This document shows positions 32,173-46,032 of a stretch of DNA of 64,000 nucleotides, one piece after another. The notes beneath the pieces were generated by a model. That model saw nothing but the letters and a program-made list of their open reading frames with translations, was not told the DNA's origin and did not search any database. Source of the DNA: Candidatus Eiseniibacteriota bacterium (GTDB lineage: Bacteria > Eisenbacteria > RBG-16-71-46). The translations under genes were made by a program, and so were the position numbers. The stretch is from contig CAVQXP010000001.1 in assembly GCA_963717935.1 (NCBI GenBank), forward strand, positions 128,001 to 192,000. The letters are read 5' to 3'. Numbering within the stretch: the stretch's first letter is position 1; every line of letters begins with the position of its first letter.

Positions 32173-34074
32173 ATGACGACACGACGCCTTTCCCTGATTC
32201 TCGCCGCGGCGCTGACGGCCGTGTTCCTCGTCGTCCCCGCGCTGGCCGAGGAACGCTCCGCCGTCCCGGACCGCTACAAGTGGAAGACCACCGATCTCTA
32301 TCCGTCCGAGGACGCCTGGTACCGGGCGAAGGACGAGATCGCCGCGCGCGTCCCGCAACTGGCGTCGTTCCGGGGCCGGCTGGGGGAGTCGGCGGACGCG
32401 CTCTACACCGCGTCCTCGACCATGTCGGCGCTCTGGCTGGACCTGGAGCGCCTGCTCGTCTACGCCAGCATGCGGCAGGACGAGGACCTGCGCGTGGCCG
32501 GGCCCCGCGAGATGAGCCAGGCCGCGCAACAGCTCGCCGTGCAGGCCGGGGCCGCCACCTCGTGGGTCACGCCGGAGCTCCTGGCGCTGGGCGCCGAGAA
32601 GGTGAACGCGCTCGTGGCCGCCGACCCGCGGCTGGCGCCGTACAAGCCCGGGTTCGACGACCTCCTGCGCGCGGCGCCGCACACCCTCAGCGCGGCCGAG
32701 GAGAAGCTCTCCTCCCAGACCGGCATGATGTCCGGTAGCGGGGGCCGCGTCTTCGGCACGTTCACCAACGCGGACTTCCCCTACCCGGAGGTCACGCTGT
32801 CGACCGGCGAGAAGGTGCGCCTCGACGCCGCCGGGTACAACCGGTACCGGAGCCTCCCGGACCGCGAGGACCGCAAGCTGGTCTTCCGGGCCTACTGGTC
32901 GAAGGCCAGGGAATTCGAGCGCACCCTGGGCACGACGCTCGACGCCCAGGTGCGGGCGCGCCTCTTCACCAAGGAGACCCGCAAGTACGGTTCGTGCCTC
33001 GAAGCGGCGCTGTTCGATGCGAACGTCCCCACCAGCGTGTACCACCAGCTCATCACCGACGCGCACGCCAACCTGCCGACGCTGCATCGCTACCTCCGGC
33101 TGCGCCAGCGCATGCTGGGCGTGGACACGCTGCGCTACGAGGACTTCTACGCCTCGGTCGTCAAGGCCGTGGATCTCCGATTCACGCCCGAACAGGCCAT
33201 GGAGGCGACGCTCAAGGCCGTCGCCCCGTTGGGCCCGGACTACGTCGCCGTCCTGAAGAGCGGCTTCGACAGCGGCTGGGTGGACTTCATGCCCACGACG
33301 GGCAAGCGCTCGGGCGCCTACTCGACCGGCGTCTATGGCGTGCACCCCTATCAGCTCCAGAACTTCACCGGGCTCTACGAGCAGGTCGGGACGCTGGCCC
33401 ACGAGGCCGGCCACTCGATGCAGACGTACCTGTCGGACAAGGCCCAGCCGTATCCGACGCACGACTACAAGATCTTCGTGGCGGAAGTCGCCTCGACGCT
33501 GAACGAGAACCTGCTGCTGCAGCACATGCTGGCCCAGACCAAGGACCGCGACACGCGCCTGTACCTGCTCGGCTCGGCCCTCGACAACATGCGGGGGACG
33601 CTCTTCCGGCAGGCGTTGTTCGCGGAGTTCGAGTTGAAGTTCCACGAACTGGCGGAGAAGGGCGAGCCGCTGACGGGCGAGAAGCTCAGCGCCCTGTACC
33701 TCAGCCTGATCAAGGAGTACTACGGGGTCGCCCAGGGCGTCTGCGCGATCGACGACCTGTACGCGATCGAGTGGGCCATGGTCCCGCACTTCTACCGCAA
33801 CTTCTACGTCTACCAGTACGCCACGAGCCTCACGGCCTCCGCGCAGATCGCGGCCAGCATGCGCGCCGAGAGCGCCGCCCGGAAGCCCACGACCCGTGCC
33901 CGGGACGCGTTCCTCCGGATGCTCTCGGCGGGCTCGACGAAGTACCCGATCGAGCTGCTGAAGGACGCCGGCGTGGACATGACGACCTCGGCTCCGTTCA
34001 CGGCGGCGATGAACCGGATGAACGGCCTCATGGACGAGATGGAGAAGCTGCTCGCCGCGAAGCCGAAGCCGTAG
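32173..34074 (+). CDS. pepF: Oligoendopeptidase F (M3B) copy 3, signal peptide
   Basis: Intact 633 aa. HEAGHSMQ, FVAEVAST, VPHFYRNFYVYQYA. Confidence 0.92.
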   Translation: MTTRRLSLILAAALTAVFLVVPALAEERSAVPDRYKWKTTDLYPSEDAWYRAKDEIAARVPQLASFRGRLGESADALYTASSTMSALWLDLERLLVYASMRQDEDLRVAGPREMSQAAQQLAVQAGAATSWVTPELLALGAEKVNALVAADPRLAPYKPGFDDLLRAAPHTLSAAEEKLSSQTGMMSGSGGRVFGTFTNADFPYPEVTLSTGEKVRLDAAGYNRYRSLPDREDRKLVFRAYWSKAREFERTLGTTLDAQVRARLFTKETRKYGSCLEAALFDANVPTSVYHQLITDAHANLPTLHRYLRLRQRMLGVDTLRYEDFYASVVKAVDLRFTPEQAMEATLKAVAPLGPDYVAVLKSGFDSGWVDFMPTTGKRSGAYSTGVYGVHPYQLQNFTGLYEQVGTLAHEAGHSMQTYLSDKAQPYPTHDYKIFVAEVASTLNENLLLQHMLAQTKDRDTRLYLLGSALDNMRGTLFRQALFAEFELKFHELAEKGEPLTGEKLSALYLSLIKEYYGVAQGVCAIDDLYAIEWAMVPHFYRNFYVYQYATSLTASAQIAASMRAESAARKPTTRARDAFLRMLSAGSTKYPIELLKDAGVDMTTSAPFTAAMNRMNGLMDEMEKLLAAKPKP

Positions 34075-34147
34075 CCCGTTCCATCGCCACGCGGTCACAC
34101 CGTGGCCGCGTGGCGGTGGCTCCAGACCGCCCCGCAAGGAGAACCGC

Positions 34148-36037
34148 ATGAAGCTCGACCGTCGTCTGCTCCTCCCCTTCGCCGTCGCGACGGGGATGCT
34201 CCTCGCCGTCCCGGTCTCCGCCACCGAGCGCGCCGACGTCCCGGACAAGTACAAGTGGCGGACCACGGACCTCTACCCGACCGAGCAGGCCTGGTCCGAC
34301 GCCCGGGCCGACATCGCCGCGCGCATCCCGAGGCTGGCCGGGTTCCAGGGTCGCCTGGGCGAATCAGCCGACGTCTTCTACACCGCGCTCTCCAGTTACA
34401 TGGACCTCGACCGCGACCTGAACCGCCTGGGGGCCTACGCGAGCCTGCGCGCCGACGAGGACACGCGGGTGGCCCACATGCGCGAGCTGGACCAGACGGC
34501 GTCCGCGCTGGGAGTCCAGCTGGGCGAGGCCTCCTCGTACCTCTCGCCCGAGATCCTGGCGCTGGGGGCCGCGAAGGCATGGGCTTTCGTGGCCCAGGAC
34601 CGGCGCCTCGAGTCCTACCGCCCGTGGCTCGACGACGTCCTGCGCTACGAGGCGCACACGCTGAGCGCCGCCGAGGAGAAGGTGGCCTCGCAGTGCGAAC
34701 TCATGAGCGAGGGGCCCGGGCGCACCTACGGCATGTTCGCGGACGGTGACCTGCCGTTCCCCGAGGTCACACTCTCCACCGGCGAGAAGGTGCGCCTCGA
34801 CGGGGCGGGCTACGTCCTGCATCGCGCCTCCCAGAACCGGGACGACCGGTTCAAGGTGTTCGAGGCGTTCTGGACGGCCTACAAGCAGTTCGAGCGTACG
34901 ATCGGCACGACCCTGGACGCCCGCGTCAAGACGCGCGTCGCCTACCAGCGGGTCCACAAGTTCGACTCGTGCCTCGAGGACGCGCTCTTCGCATCCAACA
35001 TCCCGGTCGGCGTCTACCGGCAGCTCATCGCCGACGTGCACGCCAACCTGCCGACGCTGCACCGCTACCTGAGGCTGCGCCAGCGCATGATGGGCCTGGA
35101 CACCCTGCGCTACCAGGACCTCTACGCGCCCGTCATCAGGGAGGTGTCCCTGGCGTTCACGCCCGAGCAGGCCGTGGACCTGGTGCTCAAGGCGGTGGCC
35201 CCGCTCGGCCCCGGTTACGTGACCCCGCTCCAGAACGGGTTCGACGGCGGCTGGGTGGACTGGATGCCCTCGACGGGCAAGCGCTCGGGCGCGTACAACC
35301 TCGGCGTCTACGGCGCTCACCCCTACGAGCTGCTCAACTTCAACGGGGTGTACGACGACGTCGCGACGCTGGCCCACGAGGGCGGGCATTCGATGCACTC
35401 CCACCTCACCTCCGCGCACCAGCCCTACGTCACCTCCGGCTACAAGACCTTCGTGGCGGAGGTGGCTTCGACGCTGAACGAGAACCTCCTCTTCCACCAC
35501 ATGCTGAGCCGGACGAAGGACCGCGACACGCGCCTGTTCCTGCTGGGGAGCCGGCTGGACGACATGCGGGGGACCCTCTTCCGCCAGACCCTCTTCGCCG
35601 AGTTCGAGCTGAAGATCCACGAGCTGGCGGAGAAGGACCAGCCGCTCACCGGCGAGAAGCTGAGCGAGTTGTACCTGGGGCTGCTCCGGGAGTACTACGG
35701 GGACGCCGAGGGCGTGTGCAAGGTCTCCGACCTGCTGAGCGTCGAGTGGGCCTTCGTCTCGCAGTTCTGGACCCACGACTTCTACGTCTACCAGTACGCG
35801 ACGAGCATCGTGGGTTCCTCCTCGCTCGCGGCGAACATGCGCGCTGAGGCGGCGGCCAGGAAGCCCTCGACGAAGACGCGCGACGCCTACCTCAAGATGC
35901 TCTCGGCCGGCGGGAGCAAGTACCCCATCGACCTCCTGAAGGACGCGGGCGTGGACATGACGACGCCAGCGCCGTTCGCCGCGGCCATGCGGGAGATGAA
36001 CGGCATCATGGACGAGATGGAGAAGCTGCTGAAGTAG
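34148..36037 (+). CDS. pepF: Oligoendopeptidase F (M3B) copy 4, signal peptide
   Basis: Intact 629 aa. HEGGHSMH, FVAEVAST. Confidence 0.92.
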   Translation: MKLDRRLLLPFAVATGMLLAVPVSATERADVPDKYKWRTTDLYPTEQAWSDARADIAARIPRLAGFQGRLGESADVFYTALSSYMDLDRDLNRLGAYASLRADEDTRVAHMRELDQTASALGVQLGEASSYLSPEILALGAAKAWAFVAQDRRLESYRPWLDDVLRYEAHTLSAAEEKVASQCELMSEGPGRTYGMFADGDLPFPEVTLSTGEKVRLDGAGYVLHRASQNRDDRFKVFEAFWTAYKQFERTIGTTLDARVKTRVAYQRVHKFDSCLEDALFASNIPVGVYRQLIADVHANLPTLHRYLRLRQRMMGLDTLRYQDLYAPVIREVSLAFTPEQAVDLVLKAVAPLGPGYVTPLQNGFDGGWVDWMPSTGKRSGAYNLGVYGAHPYELLNFNGVYDDVATLAHEGGHSMHSHLTSAHQPYVTSGYKTFVAEVASTLNENLLFHHMLSRTKDRDTRLFLLGSRLDDMRGTLFRQTLFAEFELKIHELAEKDQPLTGEKLSELYLGLLREYYGDAEGVCKVSDLLSVEWAFVSQFWTHDFYVYQYATSIVGSSSLAANMRAEAAARKPSTKTRDAYLKMLSAGGSKYPIDLLKDAGVDMTTPAPFAAAMREMNGIMDEMEKLLK

Positions 36038-36067
36038 ACGCCCCTGTCGGACGCTCCCGCCGGATGC

Positions 36068-36101
36068 GAGGAGCGCCGGGCCTCACGGCCCGGCGCTCCT
36101 C
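36068..36101. terminator. 15-bp hairpin between convergent genes
   Basis: gaggagcgccgggcc-tcac-ggcccggcgctcctc. Confidence 0.7.
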
Positions 36102-36118
36102 CGCGATCGAGGCACCAC

Positions 36119-36450
36119 TCAGCGCGCGCGCAGGTCCTTCACGTTGATCTCCCAGACGGTGCCTCGCCGGGGGTCGTCGGCGGGGATGCGGCGCGGGTCC
36201 GCGATGTCCTCGTCCTGGAGGACGAGCACGAGCCGCGCCGCCGCCGTGCAGGTAGACGTAGGCGTGCTCCGCCGTGGAAGCGGACCTCCACGCCGTCGAT
36301 GAGACCGTAGTCGTGGTTGAGGATGCTGGCCTGGTAGCGCCTGTCGTCGACGCTCCTGCCCTGGAACGTGGCGGCGCCGGCCGCCCGCGCGGCCAGCAGG
36401 CCCGCGAGCAGGACCGCGGCGGCCAGCGCGAACGGTCGGACACGGCTCAT
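36119..36450 (-). CDS. Small secreted hypothetical protein (about 110 aa, frameshifted)
   Basis: Signal peptide MSRVRPFALAAAVLLAGLLAARAAGA. Joined frames read ATFQGRSVDDRRYQAS...HAYVYL...VLQDEDIADPRRI...WEINVKDL. Confidence 0.55.
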
Positions 36451-36580
36451 GACGCCCCTTCCGCCCGCCCGGGAGAAGCTCACCCGGGCGAACGGCTCCA
36501 GTACTACACCCCGTTCGGGCCGGACACCGCCCTGGACCACCAGCGCCCCCGAAGAGCCTCCGAGCGGCGGTCCAGGGCCT

Positions 36581-38118
36581 CTACCAGGACGTCGCCAGCG
36601 CTCCGACCTCCGCCTGCACGGCCTCCAGCACGTCGCAGCGCTCGACCGCGGCCCTCATGGCGTTGTGGTCCGGGAACAGCGGCCGGTCCACGTCGAGGTG
36701 CTCGACCACCTTGCGCACCGCGGCCTGTGCCGGCGCGCGTGCCCCGGCCCGGGGTGAACTCGCGGAAGTCGAGGGCCTGCGCCGCGGCGATCAGCTCGAT
36801 GGCCAGCACGCCGTGGGCGTTCTGGAGGATCTGCTTCGCCTTGAGCGCGCCGTTCATGCCCATGCTGACGAAGTCCTCCTGGTCGGCCGCCGCCGGGATG
36901 GACTGGATGCACGACGGCGTGCTGAGGATGCGCTGCTCGACGATGAGCATGTCGGCGGTGTACTGGCTGAGCATGAGGCCCGAGAACATGCCGGCGCCCT
37001 TGGTGAGGAACGCGGGCAGCCCCACGCTCAGGGCCGGGTTCAGCAGCCGGTTGAGCCGGCGCTCCGAGAGCACCGAGACCATGGTGAGGCCCGGCCGCCA
37101 CCATGTCGAGCGGCAGACTGATCGGCGTGCCCTGGAAGTTCGCGCCGGTCAGCACGCGGCTTCTCGTCGCGCACGAAGATGGGGTTGTCGGCCACGCCGT
37201 TCAGCTCGATCTCGAACTGCTTGCGCGCGTAGGCCATGAGCGTCGCGCAGCGCGCCGATCACCTGCGGCGTCGAGCGCATCGAGTAGGCGTCCTGGACCT
37301 TGACCTTGAGCTTGCCGGTCACCAGGTCCGAGCCGTCCATCACGCGGCGCAGGTTGGCGGCGCACTTGACCGCGCCCGGGAAGCCGCGCAACTCGTGGAG
37401 CTTCGCCTGGTAGGGCTTCAGGTTGGCGAGCAGCGCCTCGAGCGTCATCGCGGCGGCGATCTCGGCCTGGGCGATCCAGCGCTCGGCGTCGTAGAGGAGC
37501 AGGCAGCCGATGCCGGTGATGAGGTTCGAGCCGTTGATGGCCGCCAGCCCGTCGCGGGCCTGGAGCCCGGGCACCGGGATCCCGGCGCGCGTCCATGGCG
37601 TCCTTCGTGGGCATGCGCTCGCCCTGGTAGAAGCTCTCGCCCTCGCCCATCAGGCTCAGGGCGATCTGGCTCATCGGCGCGAGGTCGCCGCAGGCGCCGA
37701 CGCTGCCCTTCTCGCACACCACCGGGGTCACGCCGCGGTTCAGCATCTCGACGTAGGTGAGGGTGATCTCGGGACGGCAGCCGGAGTAGCCGCGCGCGTG
37801 CACGTTGATGCGGCTCGTCATGGCGGCGCGCACGTGCTCGATCGGGCAGGGCTCGCCGATGCCCGCGGCGTGGTTGTAGATCAGGTAGCGCTGGAACTGC
37901 TGCACCTGCTCGTCGTTGAGCACCACCTCGGAGAACTCGCCGATGCCGGTGTTGACGCCGTACATGATCTCGCGGGCCTGGATCTTCTCCTCGAGCATGC
38001 CGCGGCAGGCGCGGATGCGCTCCACCGCCTCGGGGGCCAGCGCCACGGGCTCGCCCTGGCGGGCCACCCGCACCACGTCCTCGATCGTCAGGCTGCTGCC
38101 ATCCAGTCTCACGGCCAT
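36581..38118 (-). CDS. MIO-dependent aromatic amino-acid ammonia-lyase/aminomutase (HAL/PAL/TAL family), several frameshifts
   Basis: [52 protein letters not shown] and QEDFVSMG motifs. Confidence 0.88.
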
Positions 38119-38245
38119 GGAGATCTCCTCGGAGGTCGGGCCATCGGGGAGCAAGAATCCGCGGGAGACTACACCAACCGCGGCGCCCTGTCCGGCGCCG
38201 GGCGGCGGTCACCGCCGATTCGCCTATCGACTACGCCCTTGGTAG

Positions 38246-41280
<3,035 letters not shown>

Positions 41281-41317
41281 TGCCGGCCCTGGGACGCTCG
41301 CGGAGAGACTCCGGGAG

Positions 41318-43625
41318 GTGAGCGCGCCGGGCCCGTGGGCGCGCTACTCGCACTGGCTCCACCTGCAGTGGCCGGCGGGCACGGTCGAGCCATGGCCGCG
41401 CGTGCGCGCGGACGGCAGCACCGACGTCCCGGGTCTCTACGTGACGGGCGACCTGCTCGGCAAACCGCTGCTCAAGGACGCCCTGGACAGCGGCGCGCGG
41501 ACGGCCGAGCACATCGCCCTGGACCCCGCCCTGCGGTCCGCGCCGGCGCCCCCGGGAACGCTCGACCTGGTCATCGTCGGAGGGGGCGTTTCGGGGTTCG
41601 CGGCCGCGCTCGAGGCCCGCCGGCGCGGACTCGCCTGCGAGATCGTCGAGGCCGACGAGCCCTTCTTCACCCCCGCCAACTACCCGGCGCACCGGCCCGT
41701 CCTCGCCTATCCCTCCGGCCTGCGGCCGGCCGGCGAGCTGCAGCTCACGGCCGACGTGAAGGAGACGCTCGTGGCGGAGCTGCGCGCGCAGGTGGCGCGC
41801 GCCGGGGTCACGCCACGCCACGCAAGGGCCGAGCGGGTCGAGCGCGCGGCGGACCTGCTGCGCGTGATCCTCGCCGGAGAGCCACCGCTGCTGGCGCGGC
41901 GCGTGATCGTGGCCATCGGCCGCTCCGGCTGCTTCCGGCGGCTCGAGGTGCCGGGCGAGGGACTCGAGCACGTCTTCGACCGCCTGCACGACCCGCAGGA
42001 GTACGCCGGCCAGCGCACGCTGGTCGTGGGCGGCGGCGAGCGCGCCGCGGAGTCCGCGATCGCACTCGCCGAGGGCGGCGCCGAGGTGACCCTGGTCCAC
42101 CGCGGGGCCATCCTCACCCGCCCCCGCTACGGGACCCTCTCCCGCCTGAGCGAGCGGCTCGCCGGCGCGCCCACCGAGCCCTGGCGGCGACGCATGGACC
42201 GGGCGCTCATCCCCCGCCGCGCACCCGGCCCCGGCACCGTCACGCTGCGGCTCGGCACGCTCGTCGGCGAGATCCGCGCCGGGGAGGCCGTCCTGCGGCA
42301 GGCGGACGGCACCAGCGAGGCGGTCCCGGCCGACGCCGTCTTCGTCATGGTGGGACGCGAGGCGCCCGCCGACTTCCTGCGCCGCTCCGGCGTCGCGATG
42401 CGCGGCGAGCGGAAGGCGCTGCATCGCGCTGGGACTCGCGCTCTTCCTTCTGCTGTGCGCCGCCCTGTGTGACTGGCGGTCGGGCGGCCCCGTCGCCGCC
42501 TGGTGGCGCGCACGCGGCGGATTCCCCTCCTCGCTGCCGGGGCTTCTCGCGCCCGCGGGCGGCGCCCTCGCGCGCGCCGCGGCCGAGCCACGCACGCTCG
42601 CCGGCACGCTCGCCATCAGCGCCGCCGGCCCGTCCTTCTGGTGCGCCCTCGCCTTCTCGGCGCTGGTCCTGATCTTCGGAGTGCGCCGCATGCGCCGCCG
42701 CCGCACGCCCTACGTGACGGCGCAGACGCTCACGCTGGTGGCGGTGCAACTGCTGCTCCTGTTCCTGCTGCCCGAGGTCCTGCTGCCCTGGCTCGGCCAC
42801 AACGGCTGGCTGCCGCGGGGACTCGCCGATGCGCTCTTCCCCGCCACGCTCGATGCTCACGGCCGCGAGTACTGGCGGGCCTACGGCCTGGTGCTCGCCT
42901 GGCCGCTCCAGGCCGTCAACGTCTTCACGCGCGAGCCCCTGTGGGCCTGGCTCGCGATAGCCGTGGCGCAGACCTGCGTGATCCTGCCATTCGCGGTGCG
43001 CCGCTTCGGCAAGGGCGCCTACTGCGGCTGGATCTGCCCGCGCGGCGCGCTGGCCGAGACCCTGGGCGACACGCGGCGCTGGCGGATGCCGCACGGCCCG
43101 CGCTGGAACCGGGCCGGCCTTGCGGGACAGGTCGTGCTGGGCGCGACCCTCGCGTTGCTCGCCCTGCGGATCGCGGGCTGGCTCCGGCCCGCGGACACCG
43201 CGACGGACGCCCTCTTCGCGCGACTCTGGGACCGCTATCGCTGGACCGTGGACGTCCTGCTCGCGGGAGGGCTCGGCTACGGCCTCTTCTTCTGGGCCTC
43301 CGGACGCGTCTGGTGCCGCTTCCTCTGCCCCCTCGGCGCGCTCCTGAACGTCATGGCGCGCGCGTCGCGTTTCCGCATCCTCGCCGAGAAGCAGCGCTGC
43401 ATCTCCTGCGGGCTCTGCACGACGGCGTGCCACATGGGCGTGGACGTCATGAGCTTCGCGCGGCGGGGCCGCTCCGTGGAGGACCCGCAGTGCGTGCGCT
43501 GCGCGGCCTGCGTGCACGACTGTCCCACGGGCGTGCTGGCCTTCGGACGGACGGACGCGCGGGGCGGCCGGCCTGCGCTCGACTCGCTGGCGGCCTCGCC
43601 CGTGCGGATGCGCGAGCGGCTGTAG
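41318..43625 (+). CDS. FAD/NAD(P)H flavoprotein domain fused to a NapH/MauN-like membrane 4Fe-4S domain (frameshifted near 42420-42600)
   Basis: IVGGGVSG, VAIGRSG, VVGGGERA. Downstream TM part has CGWICP, CRFLCP and two CxxCxxCxxxC motifs. Confidence 0.75.
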
Positions 43626-43659
43626 GCGGCGCCGTCCGGCTCACGCCGGGCCCCCCGGC

Positions 43660-45272
43660 TCACGAACCGCCGGGCCCCCGCAGGTAGGCGGCCTCGACGA
43701 TCGGCGGCTGCCCGCTCCTGTGCTCGGCGGGCTGGAGCACGCGGAAGATGCCGATGCCGTAGCCCGCCACCCGGCCCCCCACGTAGATCAACTCCAGCCG
43801 CTGCTCGCGGTCCCGGAACGCGGCGTCGTAGAGCAGCGGCTCGAGCTGGCTGCGGAAGATCTCGGAGATCCGCTGGTCCACGACCAGGTAGCGCACGCCG
43901 CCCCGGACGGCCGCACTCACCAGCGTCTCGTAGGGCTCGTCGGGGGTGACGCGGTAGCCGCGGTTGGCGTAGAAGGCCACCCAGGGCTTGCGGTCCATCA
44001 CGACCGCACCCGGCTCCGCCACACCCGAGAGCCAGACCCCCGCGTTCCTGTGGGCCTCGATCCAGCCGTCGAAGGGCGTGTGCAGATCGCGCGCGAGGTT
44101 CACTCCGCACCAGGCCACGCCCACCAGGGCCAGCACGGCCGCGGTCAGCCGCCAGGGCCGCCGCCCGGCGGCCAGCGGCACGGCCGCGAGGATGGCGAGC
44201 GCCGGAACCGCCCCGAGCACGAAGCGCGGCTGGACCGAAAGTCCGAGCAGCGGCAGCGCCAGCAGGTGGAGCAGGGGCACCGCCTCGAGGCCCCGGCGGC
44301 GCACGAGCCCCGCCAGCGAGAGCAGCAGCAGCGGCACGGGCCACAGACGCAGCAGCGAGCGACCGTGCGCGACCGCGTTGGAAGGATACTGGCGCACGGC
44401 CGCGGGACCGTTGCGCGCGAGCGTCTCGACCAGGCCCGCCCGCGGGGCCGGGGCCGGCGCGAGGCGCGGCTCGTCCTGCCGCCACTCGGTCACCACCGGC
44501 CGCAGAGCCCCCACCTTGGGCGTCAGCGTCCACGTCCCCAGCGTGGCGTGGAACCAGAGCCAGCACGGGAACGCGACGGCGAGGAACCCGGCAGCCGCGA
44601 GCCACGGAGTGCGCGAGCGGACCCGGTCCCGCAACGCGCCGCACGATCGCCGCCGACGGCGAGCGCGCCGGCCGGGACCAGCGCCTCCGGGCGCAGCGCG
44701 AAGGCCGCCCCCAGCGCAAGCCCCGCGGGCAGGCCGCGCGCAGCGCCTGCCAGCGCGAGCCCGCCGTACAGTGCCAGGAAGTAGGCCGATTCCGACATCG
44801 TGACGGCGGAGAAGACGGCCAGCAGCGGGTGGAGCGCGACCACGAACACGGGGAAGGCGGCCCAGCGGGGGCCCAGCGCGCGCCGGCCGAGCCACCACAC
44901 CGGCCAGACCAGCGATACGCCGCACACCAGGGAGACGAGCGCGGCAGCGAACAGGCGGTCGGGCACGAGCAGGCGCGCCAGCGCGATGAGCACCGGATAG
45001 CCGGGCGGGAAGATCGAGGCGAAGGGCTGCCAGGCCCGCAACGCCTCGGCGAAGCGCACGTACTCCGTGCCGTCCACCGTGACGAAGGGCTGCCAGCGGA
45101 GCGCCCAGAGCCTCAGCGCCAGCGCCAGCGACCGAGCCCAGGACGGGCACGGCCAGGCCGTCGAGCGCGCGGAGCGCCCGCCCGCCCCCACCGGGGCGCC
45201 GGGAACGCGCTCTCGCAGCCCGCGGGCCGCCGGGCGCCTCACGGCCGCCCGGCGGTCGGATCTCTCACTCAT
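43660..45272 (-). CDS. GT-C fold glycosyltransferase (ArnT/PMT, GT39-like), frameshifted
   Basis: TVDGTEY, FPPGYP, MSES, LRPEA, multiple TM helices and C-terminal GVRYLVVD. Confidence 0.7.
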
Positions 45273-45302
45273 GCGGGTGACCCGGGCGTCGTGGAGTCGC
45301 GC

Positions 45303-45807
45303 CTACAGCTTCTTCACGCCCAGGAACTCGACCTCGAACACCAGAGTGGAGTTGGGCGGGATCACGGGCGGGTAGCCCCGCTCCCCGTAGCCGAGGTCCG
45401 GCGGGATCGTGAGCTTGCGCTTGCCGCCCGACGCGCATGCCCTTCACACCCTCGTCCCAGCCGCGGATGACCATGCCGGCGCCGATCGTGAACGGCAGAG
45501 GCGTGCGCCCGGGGTCGAGCGAGCTGTCGAACTTGGTGCCATCGGTGAGCCAGCCGGTGTAGTTGACCAGCGACCGGCGTGCCTTCCTCGGCCATGGGAC
45601 CGTTGCCCACGACGAGGTCCTGGTACTTGAGGCCCGAAGGCATCGTGACCTCCCTGCCAGCCGTCGTCTGCGGCGCCGGCTGCGGCGGACTGCCCGGTCG
45701 TGGGCGAGGTGGACCGGGGTGGCGTGGACTCGCCCGACTTGCCCTGCTGACAGCCGGCCAGCGTGATGATGGCGAGCGCGGCCAGCCAGTACGTCGATCT
45801 CGCTCAT
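45303..45807 (-). CDS. FKBP-type peptidyl-prolyl isomerase with N-terminal lipoprotein-like leader (frameshifted)
   Basis: [53 protein letters not shown]. Confidence 0.88.
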
Positions 45808-45935
45808 GGGACGCTCCTCTCCAGGTCGAACAGCACAGGGGTTGCTCGAGCGCGGAACGCTGCCACATCCGCCTCACCTCGGCAAGCGCCGGCGGGCCGC
45901 GCGTTTCCGGTCCGCCCGCGGCCCCGCCGAGCGGC

Positions 45936-45963
45936 TCAAGGCCCGGCGCACTCCTGCCGATGA
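45936..45963 (+). promoter_or_regulatory. Sigma28-like promoter
   Basis: TCAAG-N15-GCCGATGA about 70 nt upstream of the DUF6982-like gene. Confidence 0.55.
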
Positions 45964-46032
45964 ATGAGTGAGAACCGGCCCGGGGCCCCGGACCGGTCCC
46001 TCGCCCATTCCCGGTTCCAGGAGGAAAGTCCG

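Noticed and set aside
28075..36037. CRISPR-like or DGR-like repeats
   Set aside because: The repeats are paralogous coding sequence. There are no spacers, cas genes, reverse transcriptase or adenine-specific variation.
42469..42472. TGA after a Cys-like context as possible selenocysteine readthrough
   Set aside because: The TGA is out of frame once the upstream indel is corrected (true frame ...LCAALCDWRSGG).
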